A stretch of DNA of 64,000 nucleotides from a virus (taxonomy: Duplodnaviria; Caudoviricetes): IMG/VR virus record IMGVR_UViG_3300021400_000045, positions 52,013 through 116,012 of that record; one strand, written 5' to 3'. Within the stretch, counting starts at the first letter, position 1. Each line of letters opens with the position of its first letter. This document shows positions 18,501 through 28,899 of the stretch, one piece after another. The notes below the pieces were generated by a model. It worked only from the letters and a program-made list of their open reading frames with translations. It had not been told where the DNA came from and ran no database searches. A program made the translations under genes and the position numbers.

Positions 18501-21500
18501 TCAGGCGAGAACATGATCTCAACATCGTCAGAAACGTTGTCTAAAGACTTTGATGTCTCTTCTGCGGCACTGGCAACAATGGGGGCCAGCCCACGCAGTT
18601 CCTCAAAGTCGGCTTTCAGGTCGTCTGGGATTCGCTCTTCCGGTGTATTCTGTAGCTCTTGCAGCCTGTCGTTGTATGACTTGATCACATCCGGTGTGAC
18701 CGCGCCGTCAGCGCCATTGATTATTGACGATACATTTCTGAGGTTTGCAATCTTCCCCATTAAAGCCCAGCGTCCTTCGTAAGAAATGCCAGACTTGTCC
18801 TTATCAGAAGCCGGTGCAAACGTAAATGCCTTGGAGCCGCCTTTGCCTTCACCGCCAGTAGCGCCACCTTTGGTAGCGTTGTCAACTTTCTCTTTCAGTT
18901 TGCTGTCTTCGGCGTCTAATTCAACGGTGACTTTCTTACCGTCGGTCTCATCGATAGCATTATCGAGTTCTGATTTATCTGCGGCGAGCGGCACTTCAAT
19001 CGGCTTCATGTTCATGAAGTCTTTGAATACTCCCATCGGGTCGCCGTAGGTATTTACATAATTCTGTATTGCAGACAGTGCTCGATTGTATTGCTGATCT
19101 GTAACTGTTTTTCCGGGCAGTGGCTTCATTTGACTGGCTGCTTCATTGACAGCCTTCATTTCGGCCTGATAGGTTCGCAGTGTATCTGCCGCGTTCAGAA
19201 GATCACTTTCTGCCGGGGCCTGCACACCCGTGTCCTTGGAGAGCTCGGCCTGTGCTTCATGGAGCGTTTGATCATACTCGTCCACCGATTTCTGAGCCTC
19301 ATCCCAGCCTTCAGCGACTTCCTGAACAGCGGTTACCAAACCCTTGCTGTCCGTATCGTGCTCCAATTTCGGTTGCTGCCCACTACTCTCTTCCTGCTCA
19401 ACCTTGACATCCACTTCCTGCGGTGGCGGTGTGGTCTGGTCGGCACTTACTGTCTCAGCGGCCTTTGCTGCCTCTTCAGCCGTCTTGGCCACGCCAGTTA
19501 CGATCGGCTCAAGCGCCTTTAACTGCTTGAAACCTTCTTTCAACGCGTCTGGGATCAATTCATCCGGCAGATTCTTGATAGCCGCAAGCCTCTGGTTGTA
19601 TGCATCAATTTGTTCGGCAGTCTTGGCAGCCTCAGGATTATTAAGATACGCGGCCAGGTTTCTGAAATCCTCGAACTGATTTCCAGTACTCCATGCCGCC
19701 GCTGAAGGCGGCGGGGTCTGGGCGGCACTTTCTGCATTATGTTCCTTTACATCAGATGCCTTTGTCTCGGCGGCTTTTGCGGCTTCTTCAGCTGTCTTTG
19801 CCGCGCCAGTTACTATAGGCTCAAGCGACTTTAACTGTCTGAAAATGTTTTGATAATCTGACGGTATCAGCTCTTCGGGTGTATTCTTGATTTGGGCCAA
19901 CAGTCGATTATACTCTTCAATCCCTTCAGGAGTTGTAACTCCTGCGCGGTTATTGAAGTACGCAGCCATTTCCCTGACTTCCTGCGGGCTGTAAGTCGCG
20001 TTCGCGCTCTTGGTTTCTGCTTTCGGTTGTTCTTTCTTGGTCTTGATATATTCAAGCCCTTCAATTTCTTTGATGAGTTCTTCCTGTTCACTGTGGTCTT
20101 CAGCATATCTCTTTACAGTTGCCAGCGCCTGATTGTAATCTTCATCGCTTATGGTGCGTTTGGGCACGGGTTGGCCAGTTTTCGCGCTCTTTTCGATCGT
20201 TTCCATTTCAGACGCGAACGTCTGCAATGTTTCGACAGCACGCGCCACATTGTCGGGCATCTGCTCTGAGACTACAGGCGTTTCGGCTACGCCCTCTGTT
20301 GCAGGTGGTACTTCACTACCTTCTGCGGTCTCGCCGCCTTCGCCTTCAGAACCTTCCTTCTCTGACTCTTTCTCCATCTGAGCGGCAAGAGTGTCAATCT
20401 TCCCACCCACATCACCGAGTGCGCCCGTGTTTTCTTCCACGGCCCCTGTGTTGCCAGTCACAGCGCCGGTTAATTCGCTTTCAGATGCATCTTTTGCTTC
20501 TTCGCGCAAATCGGGCTTATTCAGTCCGGCCTTCTCTGCGGCTTTTGTGAACTTGTTACCGGTATCTATCAGGTCTTGCAGTGTTTTTGCGTTCGCATCA
20601 TGGTTGTACGCTTCTACAGCCTGCTGATAATTCTTGCGGGCTTCAGTGTACGCCTCGTAGTTCGCGTTCTGCGTCGCCGCGTCCATCTCGACTGTCTTCG
20701 ACTCGAACTTGTACTTCTTTGTTTCGTCTGCGATGAACTCATTCAGCTCGCCGAACATATGTTCGACCAGGTCTACACTGACGCCCATCTTCTCGGCGAT
20801 CTGCTCAACGCTCCAATTGGCTGAGAACGAACCGTCTGCGTTCAGGATCCCGGCTTTCTTCGCGTCAGCCTGCCAGTTCCTCGCGCCCCAGCCTACGTCT
20901 TTGCCTTCCTTGTCATCGGGATTACTCTTGGACAGATACCGCACCAGCTTGCTCCGCTGTCCGGCGTTGCCGTAGTAATTCCCGTCCGGGCCAAGCAGGT
21001 ATTCCTGCGCCGCCTTGTACGCCGCTGTGCCGACGCGGCCAGACTTGAAGCCTTCTTCCAGCGCCTTCAGCGCGTTCATAGCCTCGTCGTAGTTGTCGCC
21101 CTCTTCGGGCCCGCCTTTCGCCAACTGCCATCTGCCGTATGCCGACATGGCCATCTTCATCTGCATGCCGAGCCGGTTGTACAGATCGATTTCGCCCTGA
21201 ATACCTACCATGTTCTTGGTGATCGCGGCAATCTCTTCCTGTGCATTTCTTAACTTGGTCTGATGATCGGCCTCTTCTTCTTTTGCGACGCTCTCATTCT
21301 GCATCTTCTGATATTCAGCCAGCTTCGTAGCCAGCTTTTTCGATTCATTGACGTAGTCATTCTGTTTCGCGATCATGTCCTTGTACATGACGTCGTACTG
21401 CTCGGACATTTTGCTTGACATGACCTTGCTGAACGTATCCATGTCGAAGAACGTCGTACCGTAGTCGTACTTGACCGCCTTCAACAGGTCAGGATCATTC

Positions 21501-24500
21501 ATGTCTTTCAGCGTCTTATAGTCTTCCTCGCTGAGCGCGTTCGCGCCGTAACCGGTGTTCTTGAAGATGCTCATCGCTTTGGTACGATTGTCGAGCATGC
21601 CGGTGATGCGGGTCTGAAGACCAGTTGCTGTGGTATCAGTAAGGTTGTCAGGAGCCGGGGTTTCTCTAAGACTGTTCAGATGGTCGATAAACGAGTCGAT
21701 ATCACCGCCAGCCTCAATAAGTGCTTGTCTGAACCCGTCAAATTTCTGCTGATTTAACGTATCAGCCGTGATTTCCGATGTCTTGGCGAGCTCCTCAAGC
21801 TCGTCACAGAGCGCGTCAAAATCCTTATCCGACTTTCTAAGCTCGTTGACCTTGTTTTGAGTATGGATGATCGGGAAAATCTGCCTGCCGATAGCTTCAA
21901 ACGCAGTTCGCATTTCTGTATAAAGCATATCAGCGGTATCGCCCTGTGCCTCCATTTCGGCAATATTCTTGGCAAGCTGTTGATATTCTTTAATGAGCTG
22001 GCCTTCTACTTGATTGATCAGGTCGTGGCCCTGGGAATCCTTGGGAGAAGACATTTTTCTGAAGCGCTCGATATACATCTCGTTCTCGCGGCGCGTTTCT
22101 TCATCTTGCTTATCCCAGAATTCGAGCTCTTCGACAGCATCTGCGCGAACATCTTTCAGGTACTTATACATCTCAACGGTACCAAGAAGATCGTTACCAA
22201 CCAACCCATTTTTCAGATATCTGTTGAGCTCATCAGTCACCTGACCAAAGCTGTTATTCGCGTTTGCCTTGATTATACTCTTTGTGACGTCGTCTATATT
22301 TTCACCAGCATACCCCATCATGTCGTCGATGTATGCCTGTGTAGTCTCTTTTGCTTCACTAACGAGCTTGCGCCCGTCACCGGCCAGTCCTGGATTAGAC
22401 AGCTTGAAAGCAAGCGAGCCATTCATAGAATACTGCTGTCGCCACGACTCTTTATTTGTCGTATATGCAACTTTGCCAGCCTCTGCGGCTATCTGCTTCT
22501 GAACTTCGAGCTGCAGCTCCATTTCCGCTGTCTGCTCTTTTAGATCTGCCTTGGTCTGCTGGTCGGCGAAGCTCAACGGCCCCTTGCGATCAAGTTCATC
22601 ATATTGCTGTTTAAGCTTGGCCAGCTCATCTTCGAGGGCCTTAACCTCATTCTGAGCGCTCTGATAATTTGCTGATGCATCGTCTGCAGCCTGCACCGCA
22701 TATTTCTCTGCGTTTGCATATCTATCGAACGCTTTGAGCCCCTGGTCGGCGAGCCAGCCAACACCAGCCATGAGGCCAGATACTAACAGATTCGCTCCGA
22801 CATTCTTTAATATACTACCAATGCCTTGTAGCTTCATCTGCATGATGGTCATGCCATCTGTGGCGTTCGAGATGCCGTCACTGTACTCCATCGCAAAGCG
22901 CGTCGCCTTGGTCATTGCCGTGCCTTCGCCGAGCTTCTTCTGGGCTCTGGTCATGGCCTCAAGTTTATTCGCGCCCTCACCGAGTGCGGTATTGTATTCC
23001 TTAATGGCCTTACCCTGTACCGTACCGCCTCTATTAGTGATGGCGTCCATCATGCCAGTCAGGATGTTTCCATTGCCGTTCTTCGCAAACAGACCTGCCA
23101 GTCCTGCAATCCCACCGCCGGTAAGAACCGTTCCGGCTGAGCCAAGTCCGCCAACAATGCCATTGATGATATTCAGTATATCAGACCCGACCTGATACCA
23201 GCCCTTGATCACATCGCTACTCATCACTGTCTGCGACAGCTGTTCCCACGACGCGGTCATCTGTGCCTGCTTTGCCGCGATAGAGTCGAGCCAGCGCTCG
23301 TGTACTTCCTGCATCGTGCCTTGCGAGTTTTCCGATGTGTGCAGGATCTCTTCAGCACGGCTCATATTGTTAAGCAGTGCCGCGACCTGGTTCGACCTGA
23401 CCTTACCGGCCAGCAGTTCCAGCAACGCGCTCTGCTTTACGTCTGTCATCTGATCCCAGACTTTGGAGATACCAAGCATGATGTCGTAGATACTCTTGTA
23501 GGTATCTTCATCCTGCATGATGTCAAAGCCGCCCTTGCCTGTGACGTTCGTCAGCGCGGCGACCTGTGCGCGGAGTTTCGAGGTAGACTCGGCCATGCCG
23601 GTCGTATCTTCACCCGCCGATTCCAGCTCAGTTTTTGCGCCTCTCACGCGCATGCTTAACGTCTTGATGGCGTTACCTGCACTCGCACTGTCACGCGTGA
23701 TTTCAGAGATCGCTGTGATCATAGCGGTCGCCTGGTCAAGATTCACGCCGCCCATGTTCAATGCGCTGGCGCTTCGCTGGAGACCGGTCGCGATGTCTGA
23801 GGCCGTGACCGCGTATGCGTTGGCAACGGCAGTCAGCTTGTCAGACACCATCTCCGCGTCGCTGACATCAAGCCCGTCAAAGCCTCTGATGATGGCGATC
23901 AGGGCGTCGGACGCGTCAGTCACACTGTTGAAGTTGCCGGTGTTCGCGAACTTGGTCGTGACCACGCCCAGCTGCTGGCTCTCCGCCAGGGAGTAGCCCA
24001 TGCGCCCGTATTCCACAGACGTATTGATCAGGTCGGAGATAGACGAACCGATCTGTACGGCGGTCTGGCCGCTCTGCTTCTGGAAGCGTGTATACGCCGC
24101 ACTCGACTCGTCCGTGACCTTTCTGAGCTCGGTCATCGCGGTATCGATCTGCGTGACGTAGCCCGCCATCTTCCGCATCGTGCCCAGCACTTTGTTGAAC
24201 GCCATAAACCCGGAGCCGAGGCCCAGCAGTCTGGTCGCCAACTTCGTGATCTTGCCTTCGTAGATCCCGACAAAACCGCCGCCACTCGCAAACGACTGGT
24301 TCAGCGCCTTGATATGGTTCTCCAGCTTGCTCGCACTGTCAGCCGCGCCTGTCATATCTCCGGCATCAACCTGTGTATTGTATTTCCTTTGCAGCTCGTG
24401 CATCTCGTTGTACATCTGCTGCTGGCCGGGTTTCCACTTGCTGACATCGCCCTGCTTCTGCTTCATCAAGTCGAGCTGGCCCATATAGTTGGTCACCTGC

Positions 24501-27500
24501 TCGCCGAGCTTACCGAAGGCGTCCCACTTGGATACGTTCGCGAGGTAGGCTTCCATCTGCCGGAGTTCGTCATTAAGCTTTCGGAAGGCCTCAACGTCGC
24601 CTTGCGCACTATTGAATGTGTTGTAGGCTTCGGTCAGCGCCTTCCTTCGCGTATCACCCTCGGTTTTCTGCTTCTCCGTCAGATGGCCATTGTCGATCAG
24701 CTCCATGTCCTTATCGCCGGTCACACGACGGTAGCGCTGCATGGTATCAACCTGCATGCGAGCTACGCGCTCGGTCTCGGTGATTTGTGACATCACATTG
24801 CTGAACTGTTCAAGCCCGCCAGACTTGTTCAAGTCAATATTGCCGAGATCTTCAAGCAGTGTTTTCAGCGATTTGATCTTATCGAGCTGAACATCTTCAA
24901 TGCCAAGCCCTTCGATCCACTTGTTAAGAGAGGCTGTCTTTGTATCGCGTCTTGTATCGGCGCTGAAGATTGCTGTGTCTCTCTGACGCTGAACGCGAAG
25001 CCGCGTAAGCTCCTGCCTGATCTTTGCCTGCGCTTCGGCAACGGCGTTCTTGTCATTGACGTCAGTGCCCATCAGCTGCTCAAGCAGACCGCCCTCGCCT
25101 TCAAGCTTGCTCGTGTCGATGGTTTTGCCCATCTTCTCATAGGCAGTCTTGATGGTATTGATTTGCGCAAGGTACTGCTCATACGATGTGTTAAGCCGTT
25201 CCTGCGCTGTCGCTTCTTTCTTGCTGTCTGTCTGGGCCTTATCGTATTCCTTCAGCGCCTCAGACGCGGCCTTGATATTTGCGGTCAGGTTCGCCCACGC
25301 GTCGGCCTGCTCAACAGACGAACTCGACTGGCTCAAAGTCGTTACGCGATAAAGCGCGTCCTGAAGATTGTTATGTACTTCGGTGTCGGCCAGCGAGTCG
25401 GTGTTCGCGATCTTTTCGAGAAGCCCGTTGGCCTCCTGAATATCATTGACCTGTTTGTTGCTTTCCTTCGCCAGTTTCAGCGCGTCCTTCAGCGACGATA
25501 CTCGCTTCGCTTTGACAGAAGGATCTTTCTCGTTTTGTGCCGCAGTGATTTGTTTCAGAACGTCTGTGATGAAATCGGGCAGGTCATCGGCAGAAAGCCC
25601 GCCATACGGCTGTGCAATCTCGGCAAGCTCTTTGCGCACATTGTTGATCTGCTGTGTCTGCTTCTTGCCATTCCAGTAGCGGGTGCTGTTATCCTTCTTC
25701 AGTTTGGCACTGCGCTTTTCTTTTTCTTTCCACTTGGGGTAGGCGACAGCGAGGTCGTCCTTCATCCAGTTCATGTTCTGCTCATAGTCTCTATAAGCAG
25801 CCTCGCGTTCCGTCGCATCTTTCGCATTATCGTAACGTCGCTTTGCGTCGCGGGCTTTCTTGTACTGCTCGGGACGCCCGTCGCCCATTTTATCGTACTT
25901 CTCTTTGTATCCAGCAAGCGTTACCTTACTGCTGTGACTGATTTTTTGCTGTTGTTTCGCTAGTCTTATGTTCTCATTGTAGGCGGAGTTCTCCTCTGTC
26001 AGAGTCTTTTTGACTGTGCGAATCGCCTTTGCCATCTCATTATAAGCAAGGGCCTGATCTTTGGGGTCTACTGCCTGATGAAATCTGGTTGCCGCCTCAT
26101 CGAATTCCTTGAACAGGTCGCCGCTCGTGATACCAATTTTCGAGAACATATTGGGCAGAGTCTTGCGCATCGACTCCATTTCCTCTACGTTCTCGTTCAT
26201 CTTTTCGATCGAGTTGTTGGCCCATTTCTTGGTGACCAGGTCATTGATGGCTTTTACGCTATCTTTAAGCGAAGCGTAACCGTTCTCCGCTTCTTCAATA
26301 TCGGCGAGGCTACCCTTTTTAATCAGTTCAACTCCGCCATCTGCTCCGATTCTGGCTATTTCTTCCCACTGTTTGAGCAATCCATTGGTCGATGAATCGC
26401 CCTGCATGATCGGGAGATTACGCATTGCCGTAAGCTTGGTGATCAGCGCCTGCTCTCTCGCTTCAAGGTCTGCCTGATACTTGGCGATCTTGTCAGTAAA
26501 GGTCTGTGTATGGGTTTGTGCCCTGTTGACCGTGTAGAAAGTTGGACTATCTTCGTCTTCCGGGTCGACCGGTTTCAATCCAAAGCTGTACTGCATTCTC
26601 GCCACTTCGGCAGAACCATACTTCTTACTAACAGCTGATAATCCGATGCCGCGAAGTGTTCCGTCGTTATCGAACATAGCCGAGATATTTTTCGCTTCTG
26701 GATCAAGACCGTTCAGCGACTCAAGTATACTTCTGATTTCGGCGCTGACAGATCTGAGCTCGCCAGTGCCAATATTGTTGAGATACTCAGTAAGCTCCGT
26801 TAATGACTCAAAGTACCTGATCCCGTTGTTATTGGGCGGGATATTGGGCGGTGTAGAGCCACCTCCATTGGGCGGTATTGGCGGGGATGAAGGTGCGGGC
26901 GACATGGGCGCTACCTGTGCCTGGGCCCTTCTTTCAGCCGCCGCTTTCTGCGCTTCAGCAGTAGACTTCTCTATATCAGCTACTTCTTGTCTGAATTTAG
27001 CCTGCTCTTCTTCTACTTTCTTATGCGCTTCATCAGCGCGACGATCGGCTTCAGCCTTCTGACGTTCCGTTTCAGCCTTCTGGCGTTCTGCCTCTGCAAG
27101 TTGTTTTTGCGTTTCAGTGGCTTGTCTGTCCGCTTGGGCTTTTTGTTCAGCCGCCTGCCGCTGGGCTTCCGCCGCCTGTTTGTCAGCCGCCGCTTTATCT
27201 TCCGCCGCACGCTTGGTTTCTTTTGCCGCTGCCGATAGATCATTGGCTGTTTTTGCGAGTTCTTCATTTCGCTTCTCTGCGAACTCATTTACAGCTTCCT
27301 CATTTGCCTTTGTGCTTTCAACCAGCCCTCTCGCTCCGTTTCGCCTTACGATCTGTTCCTGAATCGCAAGCTTCTCCGGTGCGGTAAGCCCGCCAACATA
27401 GTCCATATTGCCGCGCTTTACGGCGTCCCTCATCTTCATCCGCTCTTTGACATCAATGTCATACGCGGCATCCTGAAGCATGTGCGGCAAATTGATGATA

Positions 27501-28192
27501 TCTTTTCTGGCCTTCAGCAAAGTATTGATAGCAAGAGTCGTCCTTCCATCAGACAGCTCTTCTTCTACTTCCTTCAGCACTTCGCGCTGGTATTTCGCTG
27601 TCGCGTCAAACCGCCGCGCCGCAGGTACAAGGCCGTTGCCTTCATTGTCTATGTAATGCCGCCCACCGAACTTCTTGAATTGTTCTTCAGCGTCGTCGAT
27701 GGCCGCAGTCAGCCCACGAAGCATCGCCTGAGGATCTTTCACGGCCATGTTCATAGTTCTGACCGTCGAAATATAATCATCGATAGAGTCGCCGTTGTAT
27801 CCTTTTTCGATATTCTTTTTGATATCGTTCAGCCTCGCGAAGTCATCGACGGTTCTCTGTATACCTTCAAGACTCGCCGACAGCTTCGACATTTCACTGG
27901 CAAGCGTCTTGAATGATTCCTCTGAATTTCCCCTGCTTGCACTGTCGTCGCCAAGCCATGAAGCTCTCGCGAACTGCCACCCGAATTTATCGAAGGGATT
28001 ATCGTTGCTGGTAGTGTTGTTGGTATTGTTGATCGTTTGATTGATGGTTACGTTAGTGACGCCGCCAGCCGCGTTCCCGCCATTATTTTTGTTGCCGAGT
28101 GCAGCGTCGATTCTGTTTAGCACTTTGTCAAGTTGAGCATTTGTCATTCCAGAACCCGGTATTTTTCCACCGATATTCACTGGTTCTCCCAT
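15557..28192 (-). CDS. Tail tape measure protein (4211 aa)
   Basis: Long coiled coil with a TP901-type core (IDTAMTELRKVT, GNAIKTLSMR, LLELLAGK), hydrophobic segments and the C-terminal NAEGT..VDEEGAELI motif. Confidence 0.9.
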   Translation of the reverse strand: MGEPVNIGGKIPGSGMTNAQLDKVLNRIDAALGNKNNGGNAAGGVTNVTINQTINNTNNTTSNDNPFDKFGWQFARASWLGDDSASRGNSEESFKTLASEMSKLSASLEGIQRTVDDFARLNDIKKNIEKGYNGDSIDDYISTVRTMNMAVKDPQAMLRGLTAAIDDAEEQFKKFGGRHYIDNEGNGLVPAARRFDATAKYQREVLKEVEEELSDGRTTLAINTLLKARKDIINLPHMLQDAAYDIDVKERMKMRDAVKRGNMDYVGGLTAPEKLAIQEQIVRRNGARGLVESTKANEEAVNEFAEKRNEELAKTANDLSAAAKETKRAAEDKAAADKQAAEAQRQAAEQKAQADRQATETQKQLAEAERQKAETERQKAEADRRADEAHKKVEEEQAKFRQEVADIEKSTAEAQKAAAERRAQAQVAPMSPAPSSPPIPPNGGGSTPPNIPPNNNGIRYFESLTELTEYLNNIGTGELRSVSAEIRSILESLNGLDPEAKNISAMFDNDGTLRGIGLSAVSKKYGSAEVARMQYSFGLKPVDPEDEDSPTFYTVNRAQTHTQTFTDKIAKYQADLEAREQALITKLTAMRNLPIMQGDSSTNGLLKQWEEIARIGADGGVELIKKGSLADIEEAENGYASLKDSVKAINDLVTKKWANNSIEKMNENVEEMESMRKTLPNMFSKIGITSGDLFKEFDEAATRFHQAVDPKDQALAYNEMAKAIRTVKKTLTEENSAYNENIRLAKQQQKISHSSKVTLAGYKEKYDKMGDGRPEQYKKARDAKRRYDNAKDATEREAAYRDYEQNMNWMKDDLAVAYPKWKEKEKRSAKLKKDNSTRYWNGKKQTQQINNVRKELAEIAQPYGGLSADDLPDFITDVLKQITAAQNEKDPSVKAKRVSSLKDALKLAKESNKQVNDIQEANGLLEKIANTDSLADTEVHNNLQDALYRVTTLSQSSSSVEQADAWANLTANIKAASEALKEYDKAQTDSKKEATAQERLNTSYEQYLAQINTIKTAYEKMGKTIDTSKLEGEGGLLEQLMGTDVNDKNAVAEAQAKIRQELTRLRVQRQRDTAIFSADTRRDTKTASLNKWIEGLGIEDVQLDKIKSLKTLLEDLGNIDLNKSGGLEQFSNVMSQITETERVARMQVDTMQRYRRVTGDKDMELIDNGHLTEKQKTEGDTRRKALTEAYNTFNSAQGDVEAFRKLNDELRQMEAYLANVSKWDAFGKLGEQVTNYMGQLDLMKQKQGDVSKWKPGQQQMYNEMHELQRKYNTQVDAGDMTGAADSASKLENHIKALNQSFASGGGFVGIYEGKITKLATRLLGLGSGFMAFNKVLGTMRKMAGYVTQIDTAMTELRKVTDESSAAYTRFQKQSGQTAVQIGSSISDLINTSVEYGRMGYSLAESQQLGVVTTKFANTGNFNSVTDASDALIAIIRGFDGLDVSDAEMVSDKLTAVANAYAVTASDIATGLQRSASALNMGGVNLDQATAMITAISEITRDSASAGNAIKTLSMRVRGAKTELESAGEDTTGMAESTSKLRAQVAALTNVTGKGGFDIMQDEDTYKSIYDIMLGISKVWDQMTDVKQSALLELLAGKVRSNQVAALLNNMSRAEEILHTSENSQGTMQEVHERWLDSIAAKQAQMTASWEQLSQTVMSSDVIKGWYQVGSDILNIINGIVGGLGSAGTVLTGGGIAGLAGLFAKNGNGNILTGMMDAITNRGGTVQGKAIKEYNTALGEGANKLEAMTRAQKKLGEGTAMTKATRFAMEYSDGISNATDGMTIMQMKLQGIGSILKNVGANLLVSGLMAGVGWLADQGLKAFDRYANAEKYAVQAADDASANYQSAQNEVKALEDELAKLKQQYDELDRKGPLSFADQQTKADLKEQTAEMELQLEVQKQIAAEAGKVAYTTNKESWRQQYSMNGSLAFKLSNPGLAGDGRKLVSEAKETTQAYIDDMMGYAGENIDDVTKSIIKANANNSFGQVTDELNRYLKNGLVGNDLLGTVEMYKYLKDVRADAVEELEFWDKQDEETRRENEMYIERFRKMSSPKDSQGHDLINQVEGQLIKEYQQLAKNIAEMEAQGDTADMLYTEMRTAFEAIGRQIFPIIHTQNKVNELRKSDKDFDALCDELEELAKTSEITADTLNQQKFDGFRQALIEAGGDIDSFIDHLNSLRETPAPDNLTDTTATGLQTRITGMLDNRTKAMSIFKNTGYGANALSEEDYKTLKDMNDPDLLKAVKYDYGTTFFDMDTFSKVMSSKMSEQYDVMYKDMIAKQNDYVNESKKLATKLAEYQKMQNESVAKEEEADHQTKLRNAQEEIAAITKNMVGIQGEIDLYNRLGMQMKMAMSAYGRWQLAKGGPEEGDNYDEAMNALKALEEGFKSGRVGTAAYKAAQEYLLGPDGNYYGNAGQRSKLVRYLSKSNPDDKEGKDVGWGARNWQADAKKAGILNADGSFSANWSVEQIAEKMGVSVDLVEHMFGELNEFIADETKKYKFESKTVEMDAATQNANYEAYTEARKNYQQAVEAYNHDANAKTLQDLIDTGNKFTKAAEKAGLNKPDLREEAKDASESELTGAVTGNTGAVEENTGALGDVGGKIDTLAAQMEKESEKEGSEGEGGETAEGSEVPPATEGVAETPVVSEQMPDNVARAVETLQTFASEMETIEKSAKTGQPVPKRTISDEDYNQALATVKRYAEDHSEQEELIKEIEGLEYIKTKKEQPKAETKSANATYSPQEVREMAAYFNNRAGVTTPEGIEEYNRLLAQIKNTPEELIPSDYQNIFRQLKSLEPIVTGAAKTAEEAAKAAETKASDVKEHNAESAAQTPPPSAAAWSTGNQFEDFRNLAAYLNNPEAAKTAEQIDAYNQRLAAIKNLPDELIPDALKEGFKQLKALEPIVTGVAKTAEEAAKAAETVSADQTTPPPQEVDVKVEQEESSGQQPKLEHDTDSKGLVTAVQEVAEGWDEAQKSVDEYDQTLHEAQAELSKDTGVQAPAESDLLNAADTLRTYQAEMKAVNEAASQMKPLPGKTVTDQQYNRALSAIQNYVNTYGDPMGVFKDFMNMKPIEVPLAADKSELDNAIDETDGKKVTVELDAEDSKLKEKVDNATKGGATGGEGKGGSKAFTFAPASDKDKSGISYEGRWALMGKIANLRNVSSIINGADGAVTPDVIKSYNDRLQELQNTPEERIPDDLKADFEELRGLAPIVASAAEETSKSLDNVSDDVEIMFSPDGGKPENAPQKPIDTDREPPKFTMEDIAAQVKQNVAEALSETAEKAETSAQVSTGPAPTVPQPKAPEEQGTEEPTTPAADPVAKAIDEVGETIETVVAPVAQQQVQPEPVTVEQQTEATTPGTPTDTAKALKDAATASETAAKAMSDSARQGAEEERKESKTADTGSAQAWSTGNPYEDFRNMAAYFNNRSAITTPEAAKQYNQRLSTIQSIPDMQIPGDLLAGFNELRNMKPIEIPVTANTTAAQSAVNSVNGKTVTVNVDANVTQMQSKINNVANKTVTTTVQKNAEGTSNAAPGMSLVDEEGAELIEHVSRGTFELGTDNGPRFAQLDKGDIVHTAEDTKKIKRRGIIGRVFDAFRNGGVKGGRKFATGMSTRLQQLAAGADKEKSAQIVFAPAKTTVNVTKADTIYDANDRNQSYANDTGKQGTGTNLTPSNNTTTKTVSNGTGSGANNALKWAEKLVDWIPKALDLIKRKTQEYIKSAEKAVGYLARNRELTNAINNTNAEIELNEKAALRYERQAEEFGQRAGLTADIIRKIQQGTIDIEEYSDEKTRKAITTYQNWWEKAVACRDTIEELKDQLYDLSKQKLDNIVNYFGNIDDMLNQQIETYNKLNEVKEAYGQEMTRTDYLDAIKLTEEVINNLSEEQSTLQKELDDQVASGVIKAGSDDWYNYAKQIEELKRTISEAKINLSELNDEVKNITLGNLETSIYYLNNLQEKIEGIQKLREAQGSVGQVNEFRMLISNGMKQIANLEQQNQQIREQMAGLDTLSEKYQELYKQLQDNDGEILNIKASQEEWNDAIIDMKIEILEKQNDEYQRQLNLMKALNDLEDARQRKVLMYDNQQGYHYVADEDAMENATDAVNNQIYDLVINGLEKQKDNNNIYDAMGNELIPVTDMLAGIDFTQYYDSINRGTETSALLTNLLNNIDIPDLLSQTQGGDISIDIGDIILNGVNDAQSLGDAIIAQLPGYLVQAIYAKGS

Positions 28193-28207
28193 TTGTCTCC
28201 ACCGCCT

Positions 28208-28843
28208 TTACGTAATTAGTGATATTATTTCTGAAATTGCCGCATCAAGCGCCTTCTCGTGTATCTCCGGCAACACACCTTGTATCTTGCTTAATACCAT
28301 TCCCCACGCCCGTTCTGGGTCATATTCTTCCTCATACACCTGGTAGAAATTACGCGGAGGATGGAAGTCGCCACGGTAGTGATTGTGCTTTGGTAACGGG
28401 TACCTATAACCGTAACCGCCAATAACCTGATCCTCAAGCGAACCTCCACCGCCTCCACCGCCATCGGAGGCATCGGTAATTCCCGGAGGGGTGACGTTGA
28501 TCATCTCACCGCTGAAGTTTATATAGTCACCATCTATGGTGCCGTCAGATATATTGATGACAACATTGTTGGGATCTCCAAGACCTCCACTACTGCCGCG
28601 TCTGATATAGTATGGTTCCTCATTCTCATAAGCTCCGTAAACATATCTGTGTACGCCCTGTACCACCAGGCCTGATATGTAGTCCCATATATCGCCACCA
28701 TTGCCACACAATGTTTTCATCGCGTCTTGCAATACAGGTAACAGCATCTCCGCGAAGTGCTTTCTGTATATATTGTCAAAGACTTCCAGTGTGATCTCCA
28801 CTCCCACCCCTCCAATCTTCTTATCTCCAGTGCGTCTCCGCAC
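28208..28843 (-). CDS. Hypothetical tail-region protein
   Basis: In-operon ORF directly upstream of the tape measure gene. Confidence 0.65.
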   Translation of the reverse strand: MRRRTGDKKIGGVGVEITLEVFDNIYRKHFAEMLLPVLQDAMKTLCGNGGDIWDYISGLVVQGVHRYVYGAYENEEPYYIRRGSSGGLGDPNNVVINISDGTIDGDYINFSGEMINVTPPGITDASDGGGGGGGSLEDQVIGGYGYRYPLPKHNHYRGDFHPPRNFYQVYEEEYDPERAWGMVLSKIQGVLPEIHEKALDAAISEIISLIT

Positions 28844-28899
28844 GTTGTTTTCATTTCAAAAGACGGCTACCAGATTTCTCCGGTAGCCGCCATGCAGTA

